Below are positions 1-13,397 of a stretch of DNA of 64,000 bases, piece by piece. Numbering within the stretch: position 1 is the stretch's first letter; every line of letters begins with the position of its first letter. Made by a program: the position numbers and the translations under genes. The stretch spans positions 53,438-117,437 of the forward strand of contig MNCI01001867.1 of the NCBI GenBank assembly GCA_015680685.1, written 5' to 3'. Source of the stretch: Gnetum montanum. Its lineage: Eukaryota; Plantae; Gnetophyta. Under the pieces are notes generated by a model, which was not told the origin of the DNA, did no database searches, and saw only the letters and a list, made by a program, of their open reading frames with translations.

Positions 1-1750
1 AGAGTGGCTTAGCTATTTTCGAAAAATCTTTAATTAGTTGTCTATAGTATCTAGCATGGCCTAAGAAAGATCAAAGATTCTTTAAGTTTGTTGGAGCTAG
101 AAGTGTGGAAATTACTTTTACTTTTTCTTCATCCATTCTTATCCCTTCCCTAGAGATAAATTGTCCTATAACTACACCATTTGTGACCATTAAATGACTC
201 TTTTCCCAACTTAATTTTAGATTTTTATCAATGCATCTATCTGAGACATATTCCAAAAGTTTTAATTTTTGTTCATAAGCATCTCCATGTACTAAAAAAT
301 CATCCATAAATACTTCTATATCTTCCTCTAACATATTAGAAAACATTAATATCATATCCCTCTAGAAGATAGTGGGTGCATTACAAAGCCCAAAAGGCAT
401 TCAAAAATAAGAAAAATTTTCATATGAAATGTGAAGATTGTTTTATGTTGATTTTTTGGTGTAATGGCTACTTGATTGTAACCACCAAACCCATCTAGAA
501 AACAATAGTACTCATGTCCTTCCAATCACTCTAAAATTGTGTCTATGTATGGTATGGGGAAATGATCTTTCTTTGTGTTTTGATTAAGTTTTTGATAGTC
601 TATACAAAGTCACCATTTTTTCCCTTTTTAGGTACTACGATGATAGGACTTACCCATTTGCTATTAGCTATAAGATAAATAATCCCTTTCTTTCAAAGCT
701 TAGAAATTTCATCTTTAACAATTTGCTTTAAAGCTAAATTGATTCTTCTAGGGGGAATTTGAACTAGTTTAATGTTATCTTCAAGATAGATGTGATGTTA
801 CATATGTTGAGTGAGATGCCTTGATGGAGGTCCTCATAGCTCCATGCAAATGCCTTAGACTTTCTTTTTAAAACTTTTATTAATTTTATTTCTTTCCTAC
901 TAGAAAGTTGAAAATTTATTATAAAGGGTTTATTTTTATCAAGAAAAATGTATTTAAGATTACTAGGTAATTCTCAAACTTCTAAGGAGTCATTATTTGA
1001 TGGGTGAATCATTTCTCTTATACTCCCTGATCCCAAATTCAAAATTTGATCAAGAAGATATTGTTGTTTCTTTGTGGAGGGATCTAAAAGTTCTTCCTCA
1101 AAATTGTTTAATGCTAATGTTTTCCTATCTTATGCCATTACTAATGTGAGTATTGTATAGAGCATCCTTGCTTCTTTAACATCCTGGTCTAATCAACCTT
1201 CTTAGGCCTTGTCATATATATTAAGCATAAAAGTAAGATTGGCAAAAGATAATTGGAATTGCCCTAATCTATAATTAATCATAACATCAGCAATTGCTAA
1301 CCAAGTATTCCTAATATAATGGAGAAATGGTCTTGATCTTTTACTTCCAACACAACAAAATCAATAGTGTATTTTCCTTTTTCAACCTTTACTATTAAAT
1401 CTTGTACCACTCCTATGGGTTTCACAATTGAGACATTAGCCAAAGATATTGTCATATTCACTTCCCTTTCATTCTATAAATCAAGTAATCTAGTCATTTC
1501 AATAGGCATAATGTTAATGCTAGCTCCTAACTCCAAGAGGGTCTTTTCAATGTTCATTCCATTTATCTTTATTGATATAGTGAAAACCCTTAGATCTTGA
1601 TATATAGGAACTTCTTAGCTCTTTATAAGTTTAGGCAAATTTTCAACCAAATAAACCTTTTTGAGAATTTTTCTTCTTTTCTCCTTTTCATACATAATTC
1701 CCTTAAGTATTTAGCATAAAGAGGTGCGTCTCTAATGGCTTGTTCTAATA
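1..1750 (-). pseudogene. Element C pol remnant (protease, RT, start of RNase H)
   Basis: ORF 71-355 contains EVFMDDFLVHG and LKLSWEKSHLMV. Upstream fragments contain FLDGFGGYNQ, KKDHFPIPYID and the protease LxLGASIN motif. Confidence 0.88.
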
Positions 1751-2279
1751 GGGTATGTAAATATAATTCATTAAACATGTTTTCTATATGTGCCTTGGTT
1801 GTAAATTGCTCTTGAAATCATTTAGGAAAAGAAGGTAAGACTACTTTCCTAGGCAAAGGAGGAGAGTTTAATGATTGTTCTCCTTCTTCAATTGGTTTGT
1901 TAATTGCCCCCTCATTTATAATATGTGGTTCATCCTTTTCTTGTATCTCAATTTCCTAAAAACCAACCTTCTTCATAGGCCTAAGCTCAATAATTTTTCC
2001 ACTCCTTGTGATGATAGAATGCAATTATTCCTTTTCCTTCCTTTGTGATGTAGGATTTGGCTCTAGTTGATAACCTAATTCATTCTTTGTCAAGTCTTAA
2101 AATTGTCTTCTTGTCTCATTCATAAGTTTTCTCCTTTCTTCAATGAAAGAAGTAAGACTTTGAGTGAGTTTATCCAAGTCTTCACTAGTTTGGCTCTTAT
2201 AAGGCCTGTAATTGTTTTAGGAGTAATGTTATTCGAAAGATGGCCTTTGTTGGAATGTAGCTATTAGCTAATATCTATA

Positions 2280-3050
2280 TTGTTAAAAGACATTGGCAGA
2301 TTCTTCTACTTCCTCATGATAATAGGCTAAGGCTAGACAAGCAATGCAATCATGTTTTTGGCTACCACAAAGGTTGCACATCTTACATTGCACCATATGG
2401 GCTTGTTTCTTTATTAAAAAAGTTAACTCATCAATTATTTTATTTAGTTGTTCAATTTATTAAGTCATACCTTACATGATGTTAGGTTTTGGCCATCTCT
2501 TACTTTGATCAACCAATGAATCTATTATTCTCCAACCATTCTTCAATGTTACATTCAATATATTTCCACCACACGCAAAGTCAACATTTTGCCTATAGTA
2601 TGGTAATAGGCCTTCTACAAATATTTGAATCAGTTGGTGGCCTAGAAATCCATGATTGGGGTTTTTCAAACATAGCACTTTGAACCTATCAAAAGTTCTC
2701 TCATATTCCTCATCTTCTTGTTGCATGAAACTCATCAATTGCTTCCTTAATGAGTACAACCTATTATTGGAAAGAAATCTTTGAAGAAAAGTAACCTTGA
2801 ATTCATCCCATGAACTAATTTGTGTCCTAAGGGTTTGTTGCTCAAAATCAACTTTCTCTGTCAACCTTGATTTGAAGGTAATCAATTTAGTTCTATCTCC
2901 ACTTTGAAGTGCCAACATTGCAAGTGTGGTTTCAAATTCTCTTATATCAATAACTAGATCTTCATCATTAGTCAATGAATACTTTTTACTTCAACATTCC
3001 TACCTTGGGGAAAAACTATTGATCCTTGGGGTATCACTAGTGTTCTTTGG
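2280..3050 (-). pseudogene. Element C gag remnant
   Basis: ORF 2472-2975 contains ISSWDEFKVTFLQRF and FDRFKVLCLKNPNHGF...LIQIFVEGL (retrotransposon gag), then a CCHC knuckle. Confidence 0.85.
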
Positions 3051-3997
3051 TTTAATAAGTCACCAAGAGTTTATCCTTGGTAGGCCTATCCAACTAAAAT
3101 ATTAGAGCCTATACTACCAAATAAAAAAGGAATTGTGCCAAATGAAAGTGGAGGAGGTGTATGATATGAAGGAGACCCAATCGTGAAGTTAGTAGCTACT
3201 GTTAAAGTCATAATTGGACTTGGTATGGAAATAAAGGCTATTGAATTAATAGAGATTTGAAGGTTTAATGTATTCACCGATTGGATGGTTCCTCCAATAG
3301 TGGACATGCTGCTTAGTATTTGGCTAAAGCTTAGATTTCGAGAGCTAACTACTATAGTTGAATTCATAGTTTGCATTGTAATATTTGGTGCATCAAAAAG
3401 AGGGTTTAATAATGTGGAAAATTAACATGATGTTTTTACTTTTTCTTGAACTATTTCTATTGGATTTTCTTGTTTATTTTTTTGTTTCTCTATAGAGGTT
3501 AAGGGAATAGAACTAGGTTGTCCTTGTTCCTCTTGAGTTTATTTCAAATTGGTTCTAGTGCACTTATAATAGCTAGCAGTATTCCTAGAACATTGGATTT
3601 ATGTGGGATTTTTGTGTTGCTTGGTTTGTTTCATTTAACAAGCACACTCCTCTTTAGCACATTCATCGATAAATAATCCCTAAATTTTGAAAATTAATTT
3701 AATTGCCCCTATAATTGATACCTTAATTGCTGTTTTTTGTAACTCTCTTCAATTTGGAAAAAAAAAAGGAACTAATTCTTGTGATTGTATATTTTTCTTG
3801 TTTTTAATACTTTTACTTTCTTTCTTACAAGCAAAATAATTGAAAGAAACCATATCTAAAACTACTAACAAAAGAAAAGGAAATGAAAGTAGTATGTACC
3901 TTTTCAAAAGTTCTAAATCACTAAAAGAAATCTAAAAAACATACTAAACCCATGATGATGATTAACTGTGTTGGTCTTCCTACCAACAATGTCAAAT

Positions 3998-5004
3998 TAA
4001 TGAGCCAGCCAAAGTTTGGTGTTGAGTTACCTTCATGGTAAAGATGTTACCTCATCTGTGACTAACCCACAAGTCATATTGATGAAGGAATGATTCAAAG
4101 TTAAAGAGATCATAAAGATAATAAATGGTTAGATCCAAATCCAATTGAAATTCCACACTTATGACTGTCACTCATAAGTAAAATCAAAGGTTTCATCCTA
4201 ACTCCTAATCTCAAGGTCAAGGAAAGAAATTGAATGATTTAACGAAATTGAAATCATATAATATTAGAATCAATAATAGAAGATTACAAGGGAGATGTCA
4301 CCTAAACTGTGATCTTGCCCTGCTGTCTCTACAATGCAGTAGCTTCTTAGCCTCTTAAGAAATTCCAATGCATGATGGTTATCCCAAGGTTTCAACAATC
4401 TTCCTTTATCATTACAATGGAAAGTTTAGAAAATGAATTCAATTTGATGTGGGTTTTCCTCGGATTCATCTCTCCTTATTTGGGTATCAAACTCCTCATT
4501 TATATTGGAAGAGGTTTGATTGTAATTGGAAGAATGTTACTATTAGGTCATATTGATCCTTATCAAACACTTTGATTTAAATGATTATATGATATTGAAC
4601 TGTATCAGGGTAGCTATGTTCTACGATGATCAATCAATATCATGAGAACAGTGCAAATCGATATCTTCATTCTATGGCAAGGTACATGCTCTCTTAGTCC
4701 AATGATATCAAGCCTTATTAGGACAGCTATACAAATTGACATAAATTAATTCAATTTGGATCAATCTGGCAATGAAGATCAATACAATATTTTTATAGTG
4801 TATGTAAAATTTCTCAACCCCAATCAATATCCTTATTGATTTAGATAGATCTAATGATAACCTACAATACGAAGACTTACAAAGTAATTAGCTCATATTG
4901 ATAGGCATCGATGAAATCAATGCACTTTGATATAAAAATACAATTAAAAAAATAAAAAGTTAAGCTTTTAATTAGCTAAAACTAGAATAATTGGAGGTTT
5001 ATCA
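3998..5004 (-). repeat. Element C 5' LTR (~1.0 kb)
   Basis: Begins TGATAAAC on the minus strand and ends ...CTCATTA (probably mutated CATCA). A PBS-like TGACATTGTTGGTAGG follows at 3979-3994. The partner LTR is outside the window. Confidence 0.65.
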
Positions 5005-5116
5005 GTCCTGTATTTCATTTCCTTCAACTTCTTGGTTACCTCATTACCTCTATACTCTTCTTGCAAGGTTTTTCAACAAGCCTTGGATGTTTAAAAGTAA
5101 TGATTCTAGCTCTAGT

Positions 5117-7014
5117 TACCTTTGTACTTTGCCATGTTGTTGGTTCAAGGAAATGCAAAATGATATGGAGCAAAGGGTCAGATCTCCTGAGAGGGCATTG
5201 TGATAATAGCAATAATGCTACCTCCTTAAGAGGTTGAAGCTCTGTTGAAATGTAGGAGTGCCTCATAGTTATCAGGCACTTGGCTAATACTACTAACGTG
5301 CTTTTCCAAGAACTCAGGGTCTATGGTAGCTTGATTGTCTACTGGTGAAGCCATCAGTTGTGCAACTATTGCTTAACCTTTCATTGAGGCTTTCATGACA
5401 TAATGTAGGTTAAACTCCACTATTATTACTTTCTATCATGTAATGTGACTACTTTCGTAGATACACATTGTTATAGCTTGGAGTATGTTGTTCTTGTAAA
5501 TGATGTTAACCTGGCTGCGAAAGAGGTAATACCTCCACTTCTTTAGTGAAAAGACAAGGACAAGGCAATACTTCTCCACATCATTGTATCTCATTTCATG
5601 GGCTACTAATGCATGACTTAGGTAGTAGATCAGGACCTATATGCTATCATCTCACTTTTGGCAAAGCAAAGAAGTGTTGGATGCATTGGAAGTGGCAAAG
5701 TAAATGTAAAAGGACTTATCTCCTTGCAAAGGGTGAACCATAGGTAATTGTGCTAACTCTTTCTTAATGTTGTCAAATTCTTATTGACACTGAGTGGTCC
5801 ACTCAAAGTGGGCTCCTTTCTTGAGCAAATGTTGCATTGGTTGCAGCTTGTTGGTTAATCAGGCGATAAACCTACGAATGAATTGTAGTCTACCTTGCAA
5901 CCCTCATAGCTACCTAAGGTTAGCCAGTAATGCTAAGTTGGTTATGACCTTAACCTTGTTGAGATATATGTGTATACCTTCTTTGAATACTATAAAGCCA
6001 AGCATCGTTCCTATTCTGACAGCAAAAACACACTTCTTGGGGTTTAACCTAAGCTCGTGTTTTAGGTAGTGCTTAAGCACTAAGTCTAAGTCATTTGTGT
6101 GGTTATGGACCACTCTAGACTTTACCACAATATCATCCATGTAGTCATTGAGCAAACTAAGCATATAATCACTAAAGATGTATGTCATTACACATTGATA
6201 TGTTGCTCCTGCATTCTTTAGTCCAAAAGGGATCATTGTATAGCAAAATATACCCTAGGGGGTCATGAAGGTTGTATTGAGCTAGTGCTTAGGATTGATC
6301 CTAGTCTAGCTGTAGCTCAATAACCCATCCATGAAGGAAAACAAGGCATCCCAACTGTGGTATCGATCAATTGACCGATACTAGGAAATAGAAAGTTTCC
6401 TTTGATGGTTGGCTTGTTTAGGTCCCAAAAGTCTATGCAAATACATATACTTCTATTTTTCTTAGGCATAACTACGATGTTGGACATCCAGTCTGCATAG
6501 TCAACAACCCAGATGAAACTAGCTTTGTAAAGCTTGATGTACTCATCATAGACTACCAACGCCACCTCAAGTCTGACCTTGCATGCTTTCTACTTATATG
6601 GTTTGATGCATGGATCAAGGATGATGTTATGTTGGACTAGCTGGGGGTCTAGGCCTAGCATGTCCTCGTATGACCATCCAAATGCTTTAATGTTATTGTT
6701 AAGTACTTTAGCGATGTCTTGAGCATAGTGGGGTTCTAGTGAGGAGCTTCATTTCAGTGTTCTTACCTCACCATTGTGTGGTGCCACAAGGATCTCGAGA
6801 AGGAGATCCTCTATGACATCCCCTGCCTCTAGGTCAAGAGCCTTAACTAGATACTCAGGCCAGTCTAGTGGTGCTTCTATGGATGCTATGTACTCATTGT
6901 AGGCTATAGGCTTGAGGTCTAGGCAATGATGATTAATGCATCGCTTAATATCACTGTAAGGCCCCATGAGGACTAAAGGTGAGAAGATCTACTCTTGCAT
7001 AGCATGTCATCTTC
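5117..7014 (-). pseudogene. Element A RT-RNase H-aRH (partial) remnant
   Basis: ORFs 5910-6236 (PFGLKNAGATYQ, YMDDIVVKS, LRLNPKKCVF) and 6317-6565 (WMSNIVVMPKKN...CIDF). An aRH TNN..EY motif lies at ~5120-5150. Confidence 0.9.
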
Positions 7015-8493
7015 TTGCAAAATAAAACAAAAAAATGTTAAGTGGGACCTATTTTAACAAATTTAATATGCACAAATGAGAAAAAAGCAATCCAATGAAA
7101 TCTGCTCAAGTATGCATGGAAATTGCTATGGAAGGTAAATATTTTTGTGTCAATTTTAGGCCTTGGTAGGTTGTAGATGCACCAAACATGTTGTTTTGGG
7201 AAAGGCCAATCATGCTCAAGAGTGGAATTAACTTGCACATTTGCAGGGCAGCGAAAAATCATCATTTTGAACTCAATATGATTGACTATGCTCTCACCTA
7301 ACTACACTCTCCACTGGGCATTCGATGGTGAGTGTATTCGTGGGTTGGTGGATCATTAAATGACCCCAAGGGATATATAGGTGCAATTTTACCATGGTAA
7401 CTTATCATTTTCTTCACTTTTACCACAACATTAAGAGCATAGTCTTGTTGTTGCTTCTACCTTTCCTACTTGTGGAGAGTGTAGTTGGGAAAAAGATGAC
7501 ATACCATAGTGGATGCCTTCACCTAGGGCTAATGACCATTGATGAGGGAGAGAGAGCACTGAGCTACTTGCTACAGGCAAGTGTGGAGGAGAGGAGGTCA
7601 TTGGCATCAACTAGGTACATTGACTACACTCTCCCCCTTGCTTGGATTTTCCTATTTTTTCTAGAGGGCTTTCAGGGTTTGTGGTTGTGTGGGGGGAGGG
7701 CTTTGTGCACACACTATGCAACATGACCATAGGGACCATGGCTACCATTGAGTGCCACGGCACAGTTCTAGGGGTTGCGACTGCTATCACACACTACGGC
7801 ATGGCCATTATTTTTTTATGGTGGTAGGGAGGGCATCACAATGGTAAGGGCATGTTTCTATCTTCTATTTTTATTTTTGAGGTGATGCAAGGTTTAGGTT
7901 TGTGCATGCACTGGGGCACACATGGGATTTTAGCACAATTGGGATTTTGGGGTTCTCGTGGGTTTTGAGGGCAGCAGGAATTTAAAGGACTATAGATGTT
8001 GAGCATTTTTATTTTTTCTTTTTTTGTTGTATGGCATAGGCCTTAGGTCTATGGGGCTCAGGGCTCCACACATTGTGCATTGTAGCATGGCCACAGTGGT
8101 CATGGTCACCATTGCATGCCATTTTGCCTTATTGTTTTTTTCTATATGCTTTTTGTGTTTTGAGTTAGTTCGTATAATGCATGCTTACTTACTAATTTCT
8201 TATATTTTAATGATTATGGTAGGTACTAGGCAATGCTGTAAGCCCCAAAAACGTAGTAGAGGAAGCAAAACCTCCATCCCCACCTAGCACTATTGGTTGA
8301 GCATGACCAGATGTACCACCCACTAGGCTTTTTTGCTATGTTTTTGCTATGTGATGTTATTTGTGCTATGTATTGCTATTCATATTACATTTTCTATGGA
8401 TGATTATCTACTAGATGTAATGTGTAAACATTTATTCTTATATAGTAATTTTCTTGCATTTGCTATGAGTATGCAAGTCTGGGCCATTGTAAG

Positions 8494-8813
8494 TGATGGG
8501 ACGCGATATCACATGGGCTACGATATCGCGTCCGCCACGATATCGTGTCTTCCCCTGCAATATCATGTACGCGATATCGTAGTGCATCGCCAAATCTATA
8601 AATAAGAGGTAGCTCTCCTTGTTTCATAACTTAGATTTAGATTGTAGCTAGACTCTAGCAGGTTTATCCCTCTAGAGTTAGAATATTTTCCAGTGTTTGC
8701 CTGTAGTGTGGTGGATGTAATTGTACAGCATCCTTTATTCAAGTGTGACGTACTTGGACATGCACATGACCAGCAATAAAGATCGAGATTACTTCATCCT
8801 TTCAGCATTCACT

Positions 8814-8844
<31 letters not shown>

Positions 8845-9333
8845 TTATTTACTAATTTCTTAATTAGTCTCTCTCACCCTTAAACTCATGTTAAAACGTG
8901 GAATGAGTACGAGTTGATTACGAGCATTTAAGTGTGACTACTTGGTAACCCAGTAGCGTACCTAGGATCTGCGCTTGGTAATCCCAGTGGTAGTCATGCA
9001 TGAAGTCCAAGATGTGTACGGATAATCAAGGAACAGATGCTCATCACACTTAGGCTAGATTAGATTCTTTTACCCTTTCTCTCTTAGTTTAGATAATATT
9101 ACTTTCCATTTCCCTCAAGAGTAGCATTAGAGTAGAAACCCATCATACCCCTCACTCTGGACTAAACCATACGTGACAAATATAATACTAGTCCAGGTGG
9201 GAAGACAATGAACTGTGACCTAAGGCTAACTGTCTAGGTGTTACAACTAGTCCTTCTGTGGAGTTCGACCGGATCGTGCATGAAAATGCTCGTATTCGTA
9301 TGGTTGAGTGTAGGGGTACCTCACCACTCATCA
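8494..9333 (+). repeat. Element D 5' LTR (840 bp)
   Basis: TGATGGGAC...ACTCATCA; direct repeat of 16324-17168. U3 has GCGATATCGC-like palindromes and CTATAAATA at ~8596. Confidence 0.95.
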
Positions 9334-9334
9334 T

Positions 9335-9350
9335 TGGCGCCATTGCTGGG
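9335..9350 (+). promoter_or_regulatory. Primer-binding site, tRNA-Asp type (Athila-like)
   Basis: TGGCGCCATTGCTGGG versus the canonical Athila PBS TGGCGCCGTTGCCGGG; 1 nt after the LTR end. Confidence 0.85.
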
Positions 9351-9464
9351 AACGGTGCTAGTTATCTAGATTAGTTATATCATACAACGTCGCTATATAG
9401 GACTTAACTATGTATCTCTTAGAAAGAAGTAATTATAAAAATTCGCATAAATTCACATACAACC

Positions 9465-11427
9465 ATGCCTCTCCTACAAGATTATGATAATGCCACACTT
9501 AGTGAGGAAGTTCATTGGAGAACCAACAAACTATATAACGATGAAGATTGGAGTACACAACCTGAAGTGAGGGTTTCTTATAAATATGAACAGAAGCAAC
9601 ATTACCCCAACACATGAAAGCATAACTTTCCTGATGACGATGAACCCCCACTGGCCACTACAAGCTTAACGCAAATACAAGAGGCTATTCGAATCTCACG
9701 TAGGCATTGTAAAGAGAGCCGTCTACCCAAGCTTGATTTAAACAACTTTCCTAAATTTTCAAGAGGCTATGACTTAGATCCGTATCAATATTTACAAGCC
9801 TTCTACGATTCCTACGCATGGAACAACATTGATAACGGTTGGCAAAAACTTAAGCTCTTTCCTATGACACTCGTTGACCAAGCAAAAGTATGGTATAGAT
9901 CGTTAAAACCAAATTCAATACAGCGTTGGTCAACAATGGTAAAAGTATTTAATGAAAAATATCAAACTTATGCAAGAGTGTCAGCCTTGAGGAAACAAAT
10001 CCAAGGATGGAAACAAGCACAACATGAACCCTTGGACATAGCCTTAGAAAGATATTATGCACTATTAAACAACTGTCTAGGCCATGGGTTTTCCGAGGAA
10101 AGGCTAGTGTACCATATCATTGATGGGCTATGTAATGAAACAAGAGAGACCTTAGGAATGTATGCCCAAGGTCAGCTATACGAACTACGAACCCATCAAG
10201 TCCAAGAGCTTATTAAGCGGGTAGCAAAAGAAGAAGGAGAATTGGCTAGATGGGAGAGTGTTGAAAAACACCAACAGGACAAAAATCTCAATTTAACAAA
10301 GGTCCATGATCATAAAAAGGAGAAATCAACCTACCATAAGGAAAAAGAACCATCTTTGCCAATACAACAATCATTAGAGGAAGTCGAGGCAAAGATCAAT
10401 AAGATGTTGGAATGGACATATCAAAAGTGTGGAGAATGTGTCAACATTATTGGAGATAGAGGTTTGACAACCCAAGAAGCAAGACAAAACATTAGACATT
10501 CAGAAAAAAATAATGAAGGGAATAAGAGCTCAACTGCTGATCATACATATGAATGCAACATATGCCTGCCCAATCATGTTACATTTATATGAGCATTAGG
10601 GGAACACACTACATCTAGAATTCATACAAAGATACTGTGTTTGATCATAGTGGCAATAATCCTAGTCGTGGGGGAAACCATCCCTACACTAGAGACACCC
10701 TTCATGTTATCCGAATCCAAACGCTTATCAAGTTCAACATCCTGTTTCTCCAACTAGGCCACCATACTCTATCGCACCACATTACTATTCTCCACAATAC
10801 TATCAGCCCATGTCCTCAACACAACCACCACCTTGTGCACCTTACACTTCTCCTAATTTTCAACATTCTCATCCTTTTCTTCCTTCTACATCACCACCAA
10901 CTATTCCTAAGGCATCTGCACCACAGCAATAATCCATGAACACCACTTGTGCCGCTACTACCAACAATAGTGAAAAGCCTCCTCAACATCAAAAGCGCCC
11001 CTTCTTTAAACATGACCGTAAGAAGGGACAACACAATTCCAAGGCCACTACATCTTCTAACTCAACACAAGTCCAACACTGTGGTGCACCCTTATCTTTG
11101 AACCCAACGCCTCATGTTACTTCATCAGGGCCACCAACTAACACTCCAACAACCATACAGCCCAATGAACACAGTCATGGAAGGCATCATCCTGATCCTT
11201 GCATACCATCTAAAAGGTCCTAAATATCATAGTGGGTCAACTCATAATCTAGGAACTACATCGTATAAATTGCCCCACTATGCTTACTCTAACCCAGTGT
11301 GTGAAACCCAACGGGGTAAGTATGGCCAAGTTCCAATACTTCCAACATGCAAGGATCCCCGTCGTCAATTATTAATCCTTGCCATCCTCAATCGTTTAGC
11401 TATGACGGTTATCCCCCATTCTCATAG
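9465..11427 (+). pseudogene. Element D gag with long P/Q/S/Y/H-rich C-terminal extension
   Basis: ATG at 9465 is in frame with ORF 9864-10592. Motifs FPKFSRGYDLDPYQYL, KLKLFPMTLVDQAKVWY and knuckle CNICLPNHVTFI(C>*). A low-complexity tail with stops and frameshifts continues to a TAG at ~11427. Confidence 0.82.
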
Positions 11428-12829
11428 CAAGCAGGATAATAAATACTTTTCATTTTCTTTAATTTTACAGCTTTTTGTTTTCCAGTTTTTCATTTTTCAA
11501 TTTCTTGTTTTATCTTTTTATCTTTTTGTCTTTTTATGTTTTTATAAGTAATCTCATCTATGAATAAAACACTCATGTCGATCGTTGGTTGAGGTGTGTT
11601 CTATGTTATCAAGTCTTGAGCGATCAATTATTTGGAACAGTGAGCCCATTACACCCACTCATCCACTCTACAAATAAGAGGTTATGTTCAAGTGTACAAT
11701 GATATTCTTGAACTTCTTGAAATTTAAAATTAATTTTGTGTTCATTGTACCCGGAATGAAGAAGGATGGATCAAGAGGCAATGATTAGGGTGTGACATCA
11801 AGGGGATTTGTGGATTCTCTTTGGTGACAACTGTGGGTGTTATCATGCAATGTGGTCATACTAAGGTCCTTATAGATCTAATGAAAAATGGGAGTAAGAG
11901 TAATCAAAAGGGCACTTGAAAATCCAATGTTGTTCTAGGGGGTCCCACTGGAAAGACATGCACCCATGCCTGAAGGTTGGCTTCTTTGGATTCAGTAAAG
12001 TGAAAAACAAAAAAAAAAGAGAAAAAAAAAGAAGAAAAGAGGAAAAGAAAAAAGAAAAGTGCCACAAAACAAAAATCACTCCTCCCTTGGACAAAATTCC
12101 AAGTGATCGTACGCCTTGTTGTTATGGTACTCTCATAGTTGCTCATCATGAGCTGAAACAATGCGATGTCACTGATTAGAGGAATGGACTTGGTCTTAAT
12201 CTTGGAATGATAGGTTAATAACACCTTAATCATGCTTTACACGTAGGATTCTCTGTGCCCTAGGTCAGTTACCTCATGTCCCAATCTCTACGATCCCTTC
12301 TATACTTCATCTCATCTCACTATTCGTGTAATTTTAGCTCGTGTCCCGTGTAGCATAGAATTTTCATCTCATTCTAGTGATATTTACATGTGTGTGTTTT
12401 GTGGAGTTAGTGTGGATTACATTTAACCCTTCTAGTACCCACAGACACTTTAAGTGTGGTTACACAAGGGCATTATAAGTTAGAACCTGCTTTGGGGAGG
12501 ACCCACTTGTGTAATCTTTTGTAATTCTCACTTATGACATCACTCACACAGACCATTTCTTACCCTCAGCATAACTTTTAAATGATTTTCTTTCGCTACT
12601 ATTATCGCTCTAAATTTTAACGTTCCGATGTACCATTGCATACCCTTTTTTCTTACCACCCAAGGTTTTATTGGTAAAATCCACACCGTCATCATTAATT
12701 ATGCCTCTAGATGTAATGCAATTGCCCTAGAACCCTTGGTAATAGCCAATGTCCTCAATTTACAACGTTTATTTCATGAAAATCCCTTCAAAATTAAGTC
12801 TTTTTGTTGTGCCTCACATCACTAGGGAT

Positions 12830-12920
12830 GAGATATCATGTACGTGATATTGCGTCCCACGTGATATCGCGTACATGATGTATCGTATGCGATATCACGT
12901 CCCCACCGCCTATAAATAGG
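12830..12920 (+). promoter_or_regulatory. Putative internal promoter of element D (LTR-type GATATC palindromes plus TATA)
   Basis: 4-5 GYGATATCGC-like units directly followed by CCTATAAATAGG at 12909-12920. This is the same layout as the LTR U3 at 8500-8605. Confidence 0.65.
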
Positions 12921-13397
12921 TTACCCCCCTCCCCCCTACAACACTTAGCATCATTTTGTCATTCACACGGGGGGAGTTTTCGAATTTTCTATCTGCGACT
13001 TGCAATTGAGTGACCCTTTCTTTTCTCACTATATCTCGCTCGTTGATACTCCGATTTTAATTCCGTTTGAACCTACTTGAACCTAGAGTGTTAAGCTTAG
13101 TCATGGGTGAGGGACACTTGCCAAAAAGTGCCTAAATTTTTTGAAATTTATCATCATCCAAAAGACATTAGCTAGGGCAATTAACTATAACACTTAGAAT
13201 AATTGTGCCTAAAAATCATTTAATCCCTAGGTATACCGAGAAACTAAAATGGAAACCACCTAAGTCACACGACTCATTATTACAAACTTTTGGGCACTAT
13301 CACACGTGATAACATAAGATCATTAATTAAGGCAAGCAATAATGTATAGCTTAACTTCAAAAAAAACCTTACTAATGCTTGGCCCGTGTGATTGCAG

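Larger units (their letters stand above)
1..5004 (-). mobile_element. Element C: decayed Athila-type Ty3/Gypsy LTR retrotransposon (5' LTR, gag, PR, RT; runs off window start)
   Basis: On the minus strand the LTR starts TGATAAACC at 5004, followed by a degenerate Asp-type PBS. Gag ORF 2472-2975 is followed by zinc knuckle CNLCGSQKHDCIAC (~2340-2380). Protease motif LELGASINIMP at ~1505-1540. RT motifs MPFGLCNAP and EVFMDDF at 71-750. Many stops and frameshifts. Confidence 0.9.
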
